Shown here in pieces: positions 25,001-40,311 of a DNA stretch of 64,000 nt. Made by a program: the position numbers and the translations under genes. Origin of the DNA: Eledone cirrhosa (Eukaryota); contig OZ024743.1 of the NCBI GenBank assembly GCA_964016885.1, positions 8,866,001 to 8,930,000 on the forward strand. Direction: 5' to 3'. How positions within the stretch are numbered: position 1 is the first letter of the stretch; every line of letters starts with the position of its first letter. The notes under the pieces are model-generated. The model saw nothing but the letters and a program-made list of their open reading frames with translations, made no database searches and was not told the origin of the DNA.

Positions 25001-28000
25001 ATGATTTGTATACATTGATAGATATATTATGAAACAAATGTACACACACACACACCCCAACATATATGTATGTATCATAATTATTTCTTACAGCCCTTTG
25101 GATAGTATTATTGATCAACTTGGAGGCCCAGAATCAGTTGCTGAAATGACCGGAAGACGTGGTCGTGTAGTACGGAGCAATGATACTGGATGTCCTCGTT
25201 ATGAACTTCGTGATAGTCTCTCATCTGGTTCCAGTTCAGAATTAGAAAGTTTGAATGTGAATGAGGTGATTATTCTATATGTAATAATTTCCACACTGTT
25301 TGTTGAATTTCTGCTGTTCAGATTGTATTTATTCTGTGTGTATCTGGTTTATTATATTCCTGCATGTTGTAAGAGGCAACTAAAAGAGTTGACTACAGAA
25401 TGGCTATCTGGCTGTAAAACATTGACTCTCCCCCAAAAGACTGCATGATTAATATAAAATGTTCTGGGCACCTGTAAATCTACCATTCTACTATATTATT
25501 CCATGACATTTTTTTTGAAAGGCTGTTTTTAAAAATAATATATCTTTCTAACTGCTACATCTTATCAACCAACACATTACTCTCTAGAGCCTATAAAAGA
25601 GCTGCAATAAAAGTCACTTGCTAGAAATAGCAGCCTAATCTCCCACAGATCTCACCCCAATGCCTTAGAAAATGACATTGGATGATGTGATACTGAATTC
25701 AATGCACATAGGAAACAGATGGAATGGTCACCACTGGAATTCCTTCGATCTGTGGCTTTCTTGATCAGAGCTGACTGGGTCTAAATAATAGTAACAATAA
25801 CAACAACATTACTTTCTAGTAATTTAAAATTAACCCATATAAAGTTGATAACCAACAGCTCCTCATTTATTATAAACCATCTTAACCAGCATAGATATTC
25901 AGTAAAATCTTTTTTCATTTCCGAGACTTGAATGAATATTCAATGTCTCACTAATTACCGATACTAAATGTTGACATCTCATTATATACCATGAGACATT
26001 GAATTGTCTTGCAGTTTTGTGCAACACATTTAAAGTGTAATTTAATTTATACATGTAATGCTTAGATTATTATAATTATTATATACACCTCAAAACTGAT
26101 TGTCCCCATTGCTAAAAGTTGCATATAATCTATAATTTCTTGTTTACAAATTTGTATGTTTTGATTGTTTAACATATGAACAACATGATAAAGTAATTGA
26201 TCAATATTTGTGAAAAAAGAATATTACAATTCACAATGACAGCTGGAAGTGATTTGTCAACTTAGCAACAATTAGCTTATATTTCAAAGATGTTATTAAG
26301 CATATAAAACCATGTATATAAATGGCATATATGCTGTGGCCTATATTAGTGCTGTGTCATAGTTAGCATACATCCTCGAAACTTGGATAGCAAAGCAGAT
26401 GCTTGCCTCTTACATGATGACTACAAGGCAGTCTGCACCAATCTCTATCCAAGAACATGATGGGTAAAAGATATGTGCAGTGTTTGCTGCTCCTTAATCG
26501 TTTTGCTTACATCTTGCTATAGATCTGTTTAACTTGGATATCTATTTGCCACACTAACTTGTTGCAATAGAAGCTTGTTTACAGAAACAAAAGTGGGTGG
26601 ATTTACTAGCATTAATTAAATCTTATTTAGGCACAAGGGTAGCAATTTTGAGGGTGGGGGAGTCGATTATTTTGATTCCAGTGCTTGACTGGTACTTAGT
26701 TTTATTGACCTCAGAAGAATGATAGGCAAATCTAATTCTGCTGCCTAAGTCAACTTTACCTATCATCATTGTGTGGTCAATAAAGTACCAGTTAAGTACA
26801 ATGTTATTGACTTTCCCATCCCTAAAATTGCTGGCCTTGTTCCTAAATTAGAACCCATTAATTAAATCTTTTGAAGTTGTACTTGTCTGGCAAGTGATTT
26901 GATTTGAAAATGTATTGAAACAAAAGCAACTACATCATGAAAGAGTCATTTTAACCATTTTTTAAAACTATGTCAACGGTCAGGTTACAAACTACCATGA
27001 AATAAATAATGTAAAGTCAGTTTAACATTTTTTGACTAAAATGACTCTTCTATGATGTTATTCAATTAAATCGTTCATTTTCATAAAGTTGTACACTTTG
27101 AGGTAAAATAATTTGACTAAATAATTGTGATCTTTCAGCGGAATAATTTCATGGAAGGAAGAAAGTTAGTTGCAATTATTTCTGATGCTGCTAGCACAGG
27201 TGAGAAATTGTTTCCATTCTATGATCATCATCATTTTATGTCCACTTTCCATGATGTCAAGGGTTGGATTTGTCATCGTAGTCTGAGACAAAACTGGTTG
27301 AAGAACCATTTCTACTCATAAGTTACATACATTGCATGGTTTCCATGAGTGGATGCCTTTCCTAATGCCAACTACTTTACAAAGTGTACTGCATGCATTT
27401 TATTGTGGCACCAGCACTACCATTTTACTGTATTAGGTGCATCTTATTTATTGTTGCATCAACACTACTATTTTACAAAGTATGCTGCATGCATTTTATT
27501 TTGCACCAGCACTACCATTTTACAGAGAATATTATGTGCAGTTTTTCATGGCATCAATCAGCACTAATACTTTACTGTGTATATTGGGTGCATTTTATCG
27601 TTACACTAACATTTTACAAAGTATACCGGGTGCATCTTATTGTGTCATCAGCACTACAAAGGTTGTCTTGCTTAGCCAGACAGAAGAGTCTTCTCTACCA
27701 TATATTCCTATATTATCTCTGTTCAATCACTGACCATTTTACAGTGTATGTTGGGTGCATTTTATGTGGTACCAACACTAGAGAGGCAGTCAGATATTTG
27801 ATGGGCACTAGGTCCTCTCAACCCTATGTTGTCTCATTGGGGAGGTGGGGACTACTGAATGCATTCAGTTTATCTACATTTTATTTATCTTAAATTAGCT
27901 ATATGTTTAATGATTTGGTCATGAATCAAATAACCTAAAAAACTACAAAAAAAAAAAAGAAATCACCACATCAATTAAAATATATGTATTTATGGACATT

Positions 28001-31000
28001 TCATTCCAAAACTTCATTCAATGCTGAAAGTCTACATCCAATGCACCTCTTTAAAAATCAATAGAACATAAATTATCAATAAAAATTAACACACACAATA
28101 AAAACAATGTAACAATTGTGCAATAAGCTAATAAGTTGCTATAAATAAAGTGAAAAAAAAATTGCTTTCGATTTATCATTTTGTCTATCTCTGGTTTGTC
28201 TTATTTGATGCATATTATCAACAGAAGGGTGTAAACGAAGGGAGATAATTTAGCGTAACATTTAAGGCATCATTACTCTTAGATCCATACAGAATTTGTT
28301 AAGGCAAACTCAAGCAACTTTTTGTTATCTTAGTTTTTGTTATTTTTGTATGTAAATCGTTTGTTGAAATGATTTCAATTGTTATCAAATTAATGGAAAA
28401 AATTGAAATTTATCTTTCACTCTGACAGGGACTGTCAGAAGCTTCTGAATAAAATTTTTTAAATAATGATGTTCATGAATATGCTTTTGTTCTGGCCCTG
28501 CCCCCTTTCACCAAGCTTAGTGCTAGGTTTGAGTTAATGTATTACTTTTTTTTTTTTTTTTTTTTTTACTTCTTATTTGATATTGTGGAGAAAATATTGT
28601 TTTTGTAGGAATATCATTACATGCTGATGTGAGAGCACCAAACCAACGACGGCGACAGCATTTGACCATAGAGTTACCTTGGAGTGCTGATAAAGCTGTA
28701 CAACAATTGGGCCGTTCTCATCGCTCAAATCAGTCAAGGTGAGTTGAATGACTAAGACTATATATTATCATTATCATCATCATCGTTGTTCGTAATTCTG
28801 CTTCCCACACTGTTATGGATAGGATGGGTTGTCATGTTCTGAAGCTAGATTGGTCAGGTCACCACATATTGCTTATATGCTTCATATTTCACATGGTTTC
28901 TCTGGCTGAATGCCTTTCTTAACACCAACCACCTTACAGAGTGTGCTGGATGTAGTTTTTTTGTGGCACCAATACCGCCAATTTATCAAGTGCGTGAAGT
29001 GTGTTTTATTGTGGTGCCAGCACTACCACTTTACAGAGTGGATTGGTTGCATTTAATCTTGGCAGCAGCTCAAGAGAGATTATCATATGATTGTCGAGAC
29101 TCATGAGTCCTTTTAGACTATATTGTCTCTGTTCAGTTGTCAGATTTATTTTTATTGTAAATATGGTGAGCGACTTGTGTCATGCACATCTTGTTTCTTA
29201 CTAAAGAGACATGTTTGCTATGTCATAGTTCAATTAACTATTGTTGTGCTATAGTTTTTGTAGTCATATTACACTTTAAGTACATTAACCTTTTTACTAT
29301 ATTTATAATAAGACACTACATATGATTTTGAAATCATTTGAAATATAGTCAAGAATTTGGAAGGATTTCGTAATATAAATAACTTTTTCATTAATAAGTT
29401 GGTATTTGGAACATAACTTAACAAAGGTTCTTACATAAAATTATTATAGATTGTTTTTAGATAAATATAAATACTTTAGATTAAACAGTTTTGTAATTGA
29501 GAGTACTTTCAGGGGGTATCAAAAGGGTTAACGTATAAGGTGAGAAATTAAAGATTTCAGCACCTCATGAACTAACATGTATTTTTCATATCTATTTCAG
29601 TGGTCCTCTCTATAAACTTGTAACCACAAATCTGGGTGGTGAAAGGCGTTTTGCTGCTGCCGTTGCACGCCGATTACAATCTTTGGGTAAATTATACTCT
29701 TACTTATTAATTTTTGTTGATTTTGACATTCTGTTGCCTGCCTCATTAAATCTAATCTAAAGAATTCTTTATTTTGTAAAAAAACTATTTTACCATGTAA
29801 GTTATATTAGAAGTGCAATGCTGCGTGGCAGTGAGACATGTGCAGTGAATGTAGAGGATATGTGAAGGGTGGAGGGAAACAGATTGAGCATGTTCCATTG
29901 GATGTGTAATGTTAGTGTGCTTGAATAATGAAGCATGAATGAGCTATAAGAAAAACTGGGGCATAAAAGGTGGAAGGTAGCTGTGGAAGAGGAAAACTGA
30001 GAAAGACATAGGTATAGGTAGTGAATGTTGATCTCAAGAACACTGGAGATGGCAAAGAAAAGTGGAGAGATGCTGTATTGCAGAGGACTCATCTAACCTA
30101 AAAAAAAAAACACATGTAAAAATGGTGGTAGATTCTTCATAATTATCATTTTGTACCTTTTTTTCCATGCATGGGCTTTTTTCATCACAGTTTCCTTCCA
30201 TTTGTGTTTCTTTGTTATTTTCTTTGTGAGGTTCACTGATTTGTAATTACTAATTAAGTGAAGTGGTACTTTTCTCATAATGAAAGTGAAAAATTATTTA
30301 ATGAAGATAGTTAACTAAATTCTGTTAATTAGAAATTGAATTAAATATAAATTCAAATATTTATAACTAGTAATGAGTAAACCTTCATTGATTGGGTAAT
30401 TAAACACTTTTCAGTTTACTGTAATAATAGCACCCTTGCTTTTCAGCATATAATTTCCTTCAATCTGAGGTTTCCTTATAATTAATAAATGTGTCATAAA
30501 TGGAGTCATGTTATATTCTACCTTGTTGTTTTTGATCCTCTGAGCATTAATTAAAAAGATATATATACAAATTTGCTGAAATATAGTTATAATTTGAATG
30601 CAAAGAATTATTTTAAGATTAGATATTTTTTTCTCCCTAAAATTTGAACATTTTATAATCTTCTAATTGTGTATTCAGTGAAATGTATTAGTAAAAAAAA
30701 TATTTTTGTTGTTTTTGATAGGTGCTTTGACTAAAGGTGATCGTCGAGCTGCAACTGGTGCAGATCTCACTGAATTCAACTTTGATACTCCATATGGACG
30801 TAGTGCTTTAAGAGTTATGTATCAATATACATGCATGGTGAGTAATGAGTTACAATACTTTATTTCTCTCTCTCCTTTTCATTTCTTTCTAATTAATTGT
30901 TTGGTTTTTTCCATTTTAATGAAATGATTCTAAAGTTATTTTTTATGGACTTTTGCAGTCTGAATTGGTTCCTGGTATAGCATTTAATTCTGTTAAACAA

Positions 31001-34000
31001 AATGTGGACACAATTGACAACTTCCATAAAATTCTGCAGGTTTGTTCATTTTCATTTTATAACATGAAGTCTGTTTTAAAAAGTTATTTTTTTTTTAAAA
31101 AACGTTCCATCATATTCTTATGTAAGAATGTTTATGTTCCAAGTACTAGTTTAATAATAATAAAGTTAGCAATTGTACAGAGTCTTTCCAAATTCATGAT
31201 TATTTTCAAATGGATTTGAAAACCATAGGCAATATCTTTTACTAGAAATATGGTAATGAAAGGATTAATAGTGAAGGAACTATTTATATATGAAGCAAAA
31301 TATAACATTAATTGGAAAGACAAAAAGAAGAGGAAAATATAGAGATAGTGGAGCCTAAGGTAAAGTCAAAACAACGACGAGAGTGGGCAAGAATATGTTA
31401 CTAAATGTTTGACAAAAGGGCTTTGACAATTAGGTAAATAACCATTTCGTTGTTTAACCAACTGATGCTACACTTGATTAATAATAAAAAGAACTGAAGT
31501 GAAACTCAACTGCATGCTAAGTCCGATGAGTTTCTTGGTTAGCCAATAAGCTTTTCAGCTGACCCTCATATAATAAATTTGGCATTGAGCATATCTGCTT
31601 GCTATTCTTGGCTTTGGTTTCTGAATTTATCGCCAGTTGTTTATAGTTAGTTTCTTAATAAACGTGCACTTTTTAAAAATGATATCATTATATTGAGAAA
31701 TTTAAATGATAATACTGTATATTTTCATTATTCCAGGATTGTTTAATTTTAATGGGAATCGTTGATATGGATCCAGTCAAATTTACAGTCCAGGTTAAGA
31801 AAGAAGATTTAGGCAATGTTGGTAAATTCCTCAACCGTATCCTTGGTCTTCCTGTGATGAAACAAAACCTGGTAATTAATACTATTTCTTTTGCTTTGAA
31901 ATAGAACGTTTTCTGTTTTTATGAAAATATATTTTAAGTGACTTCGTAAATTGGATAGCCTTGATAGATTTTATTTAAATAATTATTTCAAAGATGTAAA
32001 GTTGGTGAAGATAGAAGAAATATCAGAGAATTGTCATTGTTCAATGATGATATTAAGTTGTAGTAATCTCAAAGACAACAAAATTTAGCTATTTAAGAGT
32101 TTTATAATGAAAATTGGAATGATTGTGTTTGTGTTTTTCAACTAAAGAGCAACTGCAGCGTTCACTGACAATAACTGAGAGGGCTTCACAATGCCTAGTC
32201 TATAAGTTTTTGAACATCGATAAAAAGCTAACAGATTTTTAAAAGTTGTTAAGGCAAATAATCTAACAATACCAGATATGATACATGACTTACATTTATT
32301 GGAAAACAGTTAAAATCCTTTGGATTATTGTAACAGGAAACATTGTCTTCATTGTTCCCTGACATTTTCTTTTGTCTTACTTATTAAGCAATAGAATAGC
32401 TGTTGCAAGTTTTTAATTTCTGAGAGAGCACTCCAATGAGTGTTCTAGTTGATCTGATCAACGGAACAACCTGCTTATGAAATTAATGTGTGAGTGGCTG
32501 AGCAATCCACAGACACGTGCAGGGAGACCCAGTGTGGCACAGAATGTGACAAGGCTGTCCATTCAAACTCACTTTTGCCAGCTGAGTGGACTGGAGCAAT
32601 GTTAAATAAAGTGTCTTTCTCAAGGACACAATGCGCTGCTGGGAATCACACTGACAACCTTATGATTGTAAGCCAAATTGTAACCACAAAACTAAGTATT
32701 AATGTTATTGCCGTAAACATTCTGCCTCAGCTTTAGATATGCAGAGTTAAGACTTCTTTTTAGATTAAAAGAATGAATAAATGAATCTTTTTCTAAACCC
32801 ATCTCTTGATTTTTATTCCAGATTTTCAATTATTTTATCCAATGCCTGGAAATAACAATACAGAATGCTAAGAGAGAAGGAAAGTAAGTTTTCATTTTGA
32901 ACATTTTACAAGCAGGTGAATGTCTTCTGACATTTGCTTATCTTTATTATAAGGGTTCTCTTCTGTAATTTATGTGTGCACTCTAAATACGTAGAATAAT
33001 AATAAGAACTCAATACAAGGAAGCTGTTAAAACAGTTGCATTGAGTTCTAATTATTTTACGAATTCTAAGACATTCATGCTTCAAATTGGATATTTGAGA
33101 TAACTTTGTTGATACCTTTAGTAATTTTAGCTGCACCATCTTGGATATGTGCATAGTACAATGATCTACTTAATTGTTTTAGATTAATCAAGAGGTTGTG
33201 TAAGTATCACGACAAAAAGCACCCAGCCCACTCTGTAAAGTGGTCGTGTTGGCGACATGACAAAATAGCCAGCCCACATTGTAAAGTGGTCGCATAGGTG
33301 TCACGATAAAAGCACCCAGTCCACACTGTAAAGTGGTCATGTAGGTGTCACAACAAAAAGCACCCAGTACACACTAGAAATGTGATTGGTGTTAGGAAGG
33401 GCATCCAGCCATAGAGATCAGGCCAAGATCAGTTCTGTGTGAGCAAATCACGGTCTCCAACCTGGATCTCTCTCTACTGGACAGCACATCCTACCCATGC
33501 TAGCGTGGAAAATTGACTTTAAATGATGATGATAATAATAATGAAGCCTACAAGCCATCTAAAATTGTCAGCATAGTATTGGCAAACATTGACTAATGAT
33601 TTGAAGTGTTATAGTGTTTGAGGGCAGGAGTTGTTAATGTGAGATGGACTACATTGGTTTGTGATAAGTAAAAGTTTTGAGGTAAAATCGAGATCAAGAG
33701 CTGGTTGATCAGATTTGCTATGGTATATGTTAGCTTCATAATAACATACTTATTTTGACTTTCAGATATAATGAAGGTTTACTTGACATTACTGCCAGCT
33801 CAGTAGAAATGGTGGGTGAGCCTAAAGAAGTGTTTAAAGATTTGACCAAAGGAAACACTGTGACCAAGTAAGTTTCTTTTTCTGCCATTTAAAATTATTT
33901 CCTTTTTTTGTAAGGTCACAATTTCATAGACAGATATAGCTGACTGAATCACCCTCAATTTATGCCTACCACTTACATTATTAATCCTGGGATTTGGACT

Positions 34001-37000
34001 AAACACAAAAGGCATTTAGTCTACTGCAGTTTAAAATGATAATTCTACTGAAACTATATAACATAATAGGTTTCTAAAAAATTATTTTCTATCTTGAAAA
34101 TATCTAATATATATTTAGTTTTTCATTATGGAACCAAAAATATGTTCATTTGACATCTTTGTTTTTATTTATAATAATTATGCCTGGCTGTCGCATATTT
34201 TGGCAGCAACTGGTGGTGGTGTTCCATTCAAGTTAGGGCTATTGTTCTGATATGAATTCTAACTTTTTTTAACAAATCGTGAAATCTTTTTTCTTATTAG
34301 TGTATTTTTGAAGTTGTTGATAAGTCATCTGTGTATGTGGATTTCTAAGTATAAACACAGACAAGGAAGAAGGTGAAGGGAAAGACACTAATATATTACT
34401 AGCCTTCTCAGTGCTTACTTGATCCCTCAGTTTAATCCTTTGAAAATATTCGTCTTTAGTGTTTAACAAATGTCCTGCTACCAGTTTAATTTCCATTGAT
34501 AATCAATCGTTGGTAATAACGATTAATTCCCTTGGCTTATATACTTGCACAATGCAGGCACCTTCGTTTGAGAGTAGCTGTTACCACAATATGTAATGCT
34601 AGAAATTTTCTGCATTTTTACATTTATTTTTTTTTTTATAGTTTAACATATTTTAAAGAAATACTAGGCAGAAATACTACACCTTTGAAGTTATAGGGCA
34701 AAACAATCAAACAGTTGTTCATTGTGTATTTAAAAAATATTTATGTAATTTTCTATTAAAACATAAAAAATTATGAGTGACAACTGAAAATGATTTAGTA
34801 CAGAATTGACCAAAGATGATGGAAGAGGAAATAAAAGCCAAGGGGTTATTAAAGAGGGGATGCAGATGATAAGGCAAAATGAAGAAGCTTGTCATAGGGC
34901 TGACAAAGCTAATCTCTGCTTCAGCAGGAGAAAATTCCCTTAAGATGTTTGTTGTTGTAAAGGAAGCAAGCAAGTAAATATATATTGGTTTATGATAAGT
35001 GAAATATTCGTAGCCATGTTGAGTTAGTTTAGAAATAGTAATTTTTATGACATTGATTTATACAATATAATATTGTTTTTCATGTTATTTTGTTGGTGTT
35101 GCACTGACATTTGGAAGAAAGGTCAATAAGGTTTCCTTGCCTTTCACTACCTAGTAGAACATTTGACATAAAAGTAACCTAGAAATGAACCAGAATGATT
35201 TCACAATTAGGGTCCAGATTAAATACAATGAAATTATACCAATCATTAATTGACCAATGAAAAATGAGCTGCTGTTATATAATATGAAAGGTTGCATGAA
35301 AAAACACTTAGTAAGAATAACCTCAGAATGCTATTGATCAGAACAGATATATTGTATATATTATTGATCTGAGATCTTAACTAGATTTAACTATATTTCT
35401 AATGAAAGAGAATTGCCTTGTAATTTTCCTTAATTTTTAAAATAATCAAGAATTTAGAGAGATTTATTAAAATAACTAAATTTCTCATTATCAAACTGTT
35501 TGGAGTATAACTTTACTAAGGTTCTTACATAAAATCATAATGGAAAGTTTTTGAAATAAACAGTGCTGTACCATAGAAACAAGTAGCTTCTTATGGATTG
35601 ATATTAAGAGTTAACTAGATAACTGTATAATATCAGTGTTCTAAGATATTAAGCAGTAATGTGGATTTCACTGAATGCTGCTTTCTTACATTGATGCTTT
35701 AAGGTTTTATTAATGAGATGAGAAAATTAAAAGTGTCCATGTACATGTCTTTTCCAAAGACATCACTAATATAAGTCAAGTGAAATGATATCAGCTGTGG
35801 TTTAACCCTTTTGATATCAAACTGCCTATTCTACAAAACAAAACTTTTTTTTTAAAGTGTTTATATTTATCTAAAATAACTCCCATTATAATTTTATGTA
35901 AAAGCCTTTAAGTTTTGTTCCAAACACTAACTTAATATTGAAAAGGTTTGTTTTATCATTAACCATTTAGCATTTATATCAGCTGTATCCAGCCAGAATT
36001 CTTTCACCTCTTTATGTTCAAACCGGCCATAACTGGCTCCTCATACTGACTTTAAGGTATTGTTCTCAAAATGAATAACATCAAAATCTCATAGATTCAA
36101 TATTATGTGAGGTAAAGCCTTTACTCCTAAAATACAATACTAAATATAGAGTAATGCAAATGCTAAAGGGTTAAATCCCTTCAAATTTTTGATTATTTTC
36201 AAAATGATCTGAAAATCATAGGCAATATGGAAAGAAAAGGGTTAAAGTAATAAAATCATAATCATCATTATTTTTTATCATTTTATTTTATGAATCTCTT
36301 TGGTCCACTGGTCCCATGTTTATCATTATTTCTATCCATTTCTTAGATTTTTAAATATATCCAAATTTAATATTTGTAATTACTGGAGTTTTGTTTCCTT
36401 TTTAGGCTTGTTGTGTTGAATGTTGACCGAGGAATGAAGTTCGAACAAGCTTTAAATATGTACGAGAATCATAAAGGCAAAGCTGGCAAGGCTGGCTTTT
36501 ACCTTTCAAAGGGTCAGCCATTTGGTCGCAAACTTTGTTTGTTGGCACTATCCAAAGACAATTCAAAAAATATCTTCAAAGTAGTCAGGTTTGTTCAATT
36601 ATTTCTGTAATTTTCTTTTTTAAGACTTTCAGAATGGCTACCATGGAAACTTATGTTAATGTGTTTGTGTAATTTACTAATAGAGTATCTATCTAGGGCG
36701 GGTAAAATACCCGAGATCCATGGACGAGTTCTCACCAGTGTTCTCTGTCATTCATCATCGCCACCATCTCCTGCATCTCCCAGAGGCCAGTTCTGTCCTT
36801 AGGGCATAAAAATATATCATCCTTGGACTCCCTCTTTTAGTGTGTCCGTGTAGGAGCTGCCACAGGACCAGTGAATTCAGTGTCAACACTGAATGTCAGT
36901 GAGTTTGTCCAGCTAACCACACTTCAGTGTTACTTTCGAGCTGACTTTTGGGAGGCTCCTGTACAGCTCTGAGTTCTTCATCCTCAGTGTATACTGATTA

Positions 37001-37310
37001 ATGTTCAGAGCCATCCTCAGGAGCAGTCTAGTTGTTATGTTAGAGTATCACAGTGTAAAAAAATAATCAACTCTTAACTTCTTACAATGATTTAGCAGAA
37101 AATGTGTAAAAATGGGTTTGTTAATTCAAATGTAGTATTTTTACTTTTATTATTTTGCTGGTTTCAGCCATTAGACTGAGGCCATGCTGGAGTACTGCTT
37201 TAATTTAGTCCTCAGTATTTATTTTTTCAAGACTTGTACTTTATCAATCTCCTTTTGTTGAATCAGTATGCTATGGGACATAAACATAGAAACACACACA
37301 CAATCACATT

Positions 37311-37359
<49 letters not shown>

Positions 37360-37804
37360 AATATGGGAAGAAGGATACTGCGTGGTTGCACATGGGTTAC
37401 ATATTATAAAATTAGTCCCTCATCAGTGATTTGCCAACCGTCATATATATATATATATATATCATCATCATCATCGTTGTTTAATGTCCATTTTCCACGC
37501 TTGGTGTTAAGAAGGGCTGCCAGTAATATAAACCACGCTAAGAAGGGTTGAGAGGAGCCTTTAGTGAAGACACAACAACCTCTCCAGTGCTGATGCCACA
37601 AAGAATACACCCAGTACACCGTATAGTGTTGTTGGTGATTGCAAGAACATCTAGCTTAGAAACCATGTAAAAAAAATATATATATATATATATCCCTTTA
37701 AAGTGTGTTATTACTCTGAGGTCTATTCCTTGTCGAGTGCTTGGCTGCACTGCTGAAGGCATTCGTTGGCTTAGCTGCTGATCGAACTTCGAATATGCTG
37801 TACT

Positions 37805-37839
<35 letters not shown>

Positions 37840-40264
37840 ATTGAGGGGACACTTCCATTGTGTCAAAAGTATGGCAACCTCTCTAGTGTTGGTGACACTA
37901 TAATCACATCCAGTCCACCCTGCAAAGTGGTTGGTGATAGGAAGGTCACCAAGCTGTAGAAAACCTGTCAAATGAAGGGTGCTGCAATAAAATGTGCACT
38001 GCATTCTGTCAAGTGCAAGATAGTGGCTACAATTGAGTACTGAATAGGATTGTGACAACCTGCCTAACCTTGCTAGCAGGGAAAGTAGACATTAAATGAT
38101 GATGATGATATACGATCATCATCACCATCACCACCATTTTACGTCTATTTTCCACATTTGCATGGGTTAGACAGGTTGTCAGGTCAGATGATCACATCTT
38201 GCTCATGAGTTTTTGCAGTTTCTGTTTTCCAAAGTTGCATGGTCAGATAGGTATGGAAATTTGTAGTATTAGATAGACTAAAGACTTTATTATTTAATGT
38301 AGTGCTGTCAATTATGCTAAAAATATTGTTCTGTGTACATAGTTAATTAACTACATAATAATTAGTTATCCCTCTTACATAAGTGAGTTTATTATTGTTC
38401 TATATTTTTCTATATTTTTTTTTGGCTGTTGTTTTCATGCAGTACAGGATGTTAAGAGTTGATACCATTTATAAAAAGTTGGTTTACTTATTCAGTGCTA
38501 GGAAGTGAACAGGTGTTCTTATGCATACTATGCCAATCCTTACATATACTAGCAGAAATACCACCCCTGGGTGGTTTTCTGCTAGCATGTGTAGTGTGCA
38601 TATTAATATTATACACAACTATATATGCATGTAGATATGATACGTCAAATAAAATCGTAATTGACAATATGCACAGAAATTGAAGGGGGACTGGGTTACA
38701 CTCTCTTTTGTAATCAATAAAGTAATCCACGATACATTTAAAAAAGACTATATATATAAACTGCATTACAGCAAAATGTTATGAAAACGAAAAAAGGAGA
38801 AAATTAGCGACAGAAATATAAATTTTATATAACAATGCAAATATATGAATGTTTATATAAGCGATGTGATATAGTGTATGGCAAAGTGTTATAATAACTG
38901 GAAGGGTTGAGATTTGAAAATTTTAGAAGTGAATCTTAAAATAAGCAATCATTATATAAGAATATTTATATTTAATCAAGAGCTACAAAATTAAATAGAT
39001 AAATTACATTATATTCATTCATGATTTATTCAAAGTAATCCAACTTATTTTAATGTGTTCAGAAAAAATATCCATGACACAGTCTTGCAGTTCTCCTGTG
39101 GATTGGCAGTATCGGTAGAGGGTCGGACACCATGCTTTGTAGCATAGAGTTACGTCCCTTTATGGTCTGGGTTCAAATCCCGCCGAGGTTAACTTTACCT
39201 TTCATCCTTACATGGGGGGTCGATAAAATAAAGTACCTGTAATGCACTGGGTAATTGCTGGCCTTGTGCCAAATGTAGAAACAATTATTTATAAGATATA
39301 AGGGCGGTGGATTGGCAGTATCGGTAGAGGGTCGGACACCATGCTTTGTAGCATAGAGTTACGCCCCTTTACGGTATGAGTTCAGATCCCGTTGAGGTTA
39401 ACTTTGCCTTTCATCCTTACAGGGTCGATAAAATAAAGTACCTGTAATGCACTGGGTAATTGCTGGCCTTGTGCCAAATGTAGAAACAATTATTTATAAG
39501 ATATCATTGTTGTCATTTAACCATTCTCATATTTTAGAGAGAATTTCACTTCAAAATCTATTGAAACAGAATAAACCTAATTGGCATATAACAAAATCAT
39601 TCTGTTAACTCTGAAATTTACTCTTTTTGATTTTTTAGTGAACTATCACATCACTACCACCGCTACTGGCACCAACACTGTCACCTTCACTTTCACCATT
39701 ACCACCCCTCACCATCTTTTCATGATCATATGTGCTACTTTTAGTTTGCTTTCTTTGGCTGGATGCCTTTCTTAAGGCCAACCATTTTACAGATATATAT
39801 ATATGATAGGGTGTGGTAAAAACCAGGTAGACCATAACCCACCAGAGTACTTGATACTTGGGGTAGTAGAGTGGGTAATATGAATCTTTATATATATATA
39901 TATATATATATCTTGGGAGTGTAACTTGGGGTTACTGTAGGTTCACCCGGGTGAGCACTCGATGTTTAGGTTCACTTCTGTGTCGAGGTGTAGAGCTATT
40001 GGCAGTATCGGTAGAGGGTCGGACGCCATGCTTTGACGCATAGAGTTACGGCCCTTGCCATTCTGAGTTCAAATCCCGCCGAGGTTAACTTTGCCTTTCA
40101 TCCTTACGGGGTTGATAAAATAAAGTACCAGTAATACACTGGGTAATTACTGGCCTTGTGCCAAAAAGTAGAAACAATTATATTGAAAAGATAACAAGGA
40201 CGATTGGTTACTCCTTCATTACAATAAATGTAATGAAGGAGTAACCAATCGTCCTTGTTATCTT

Positions 40265-40311
<47 letters not shown>

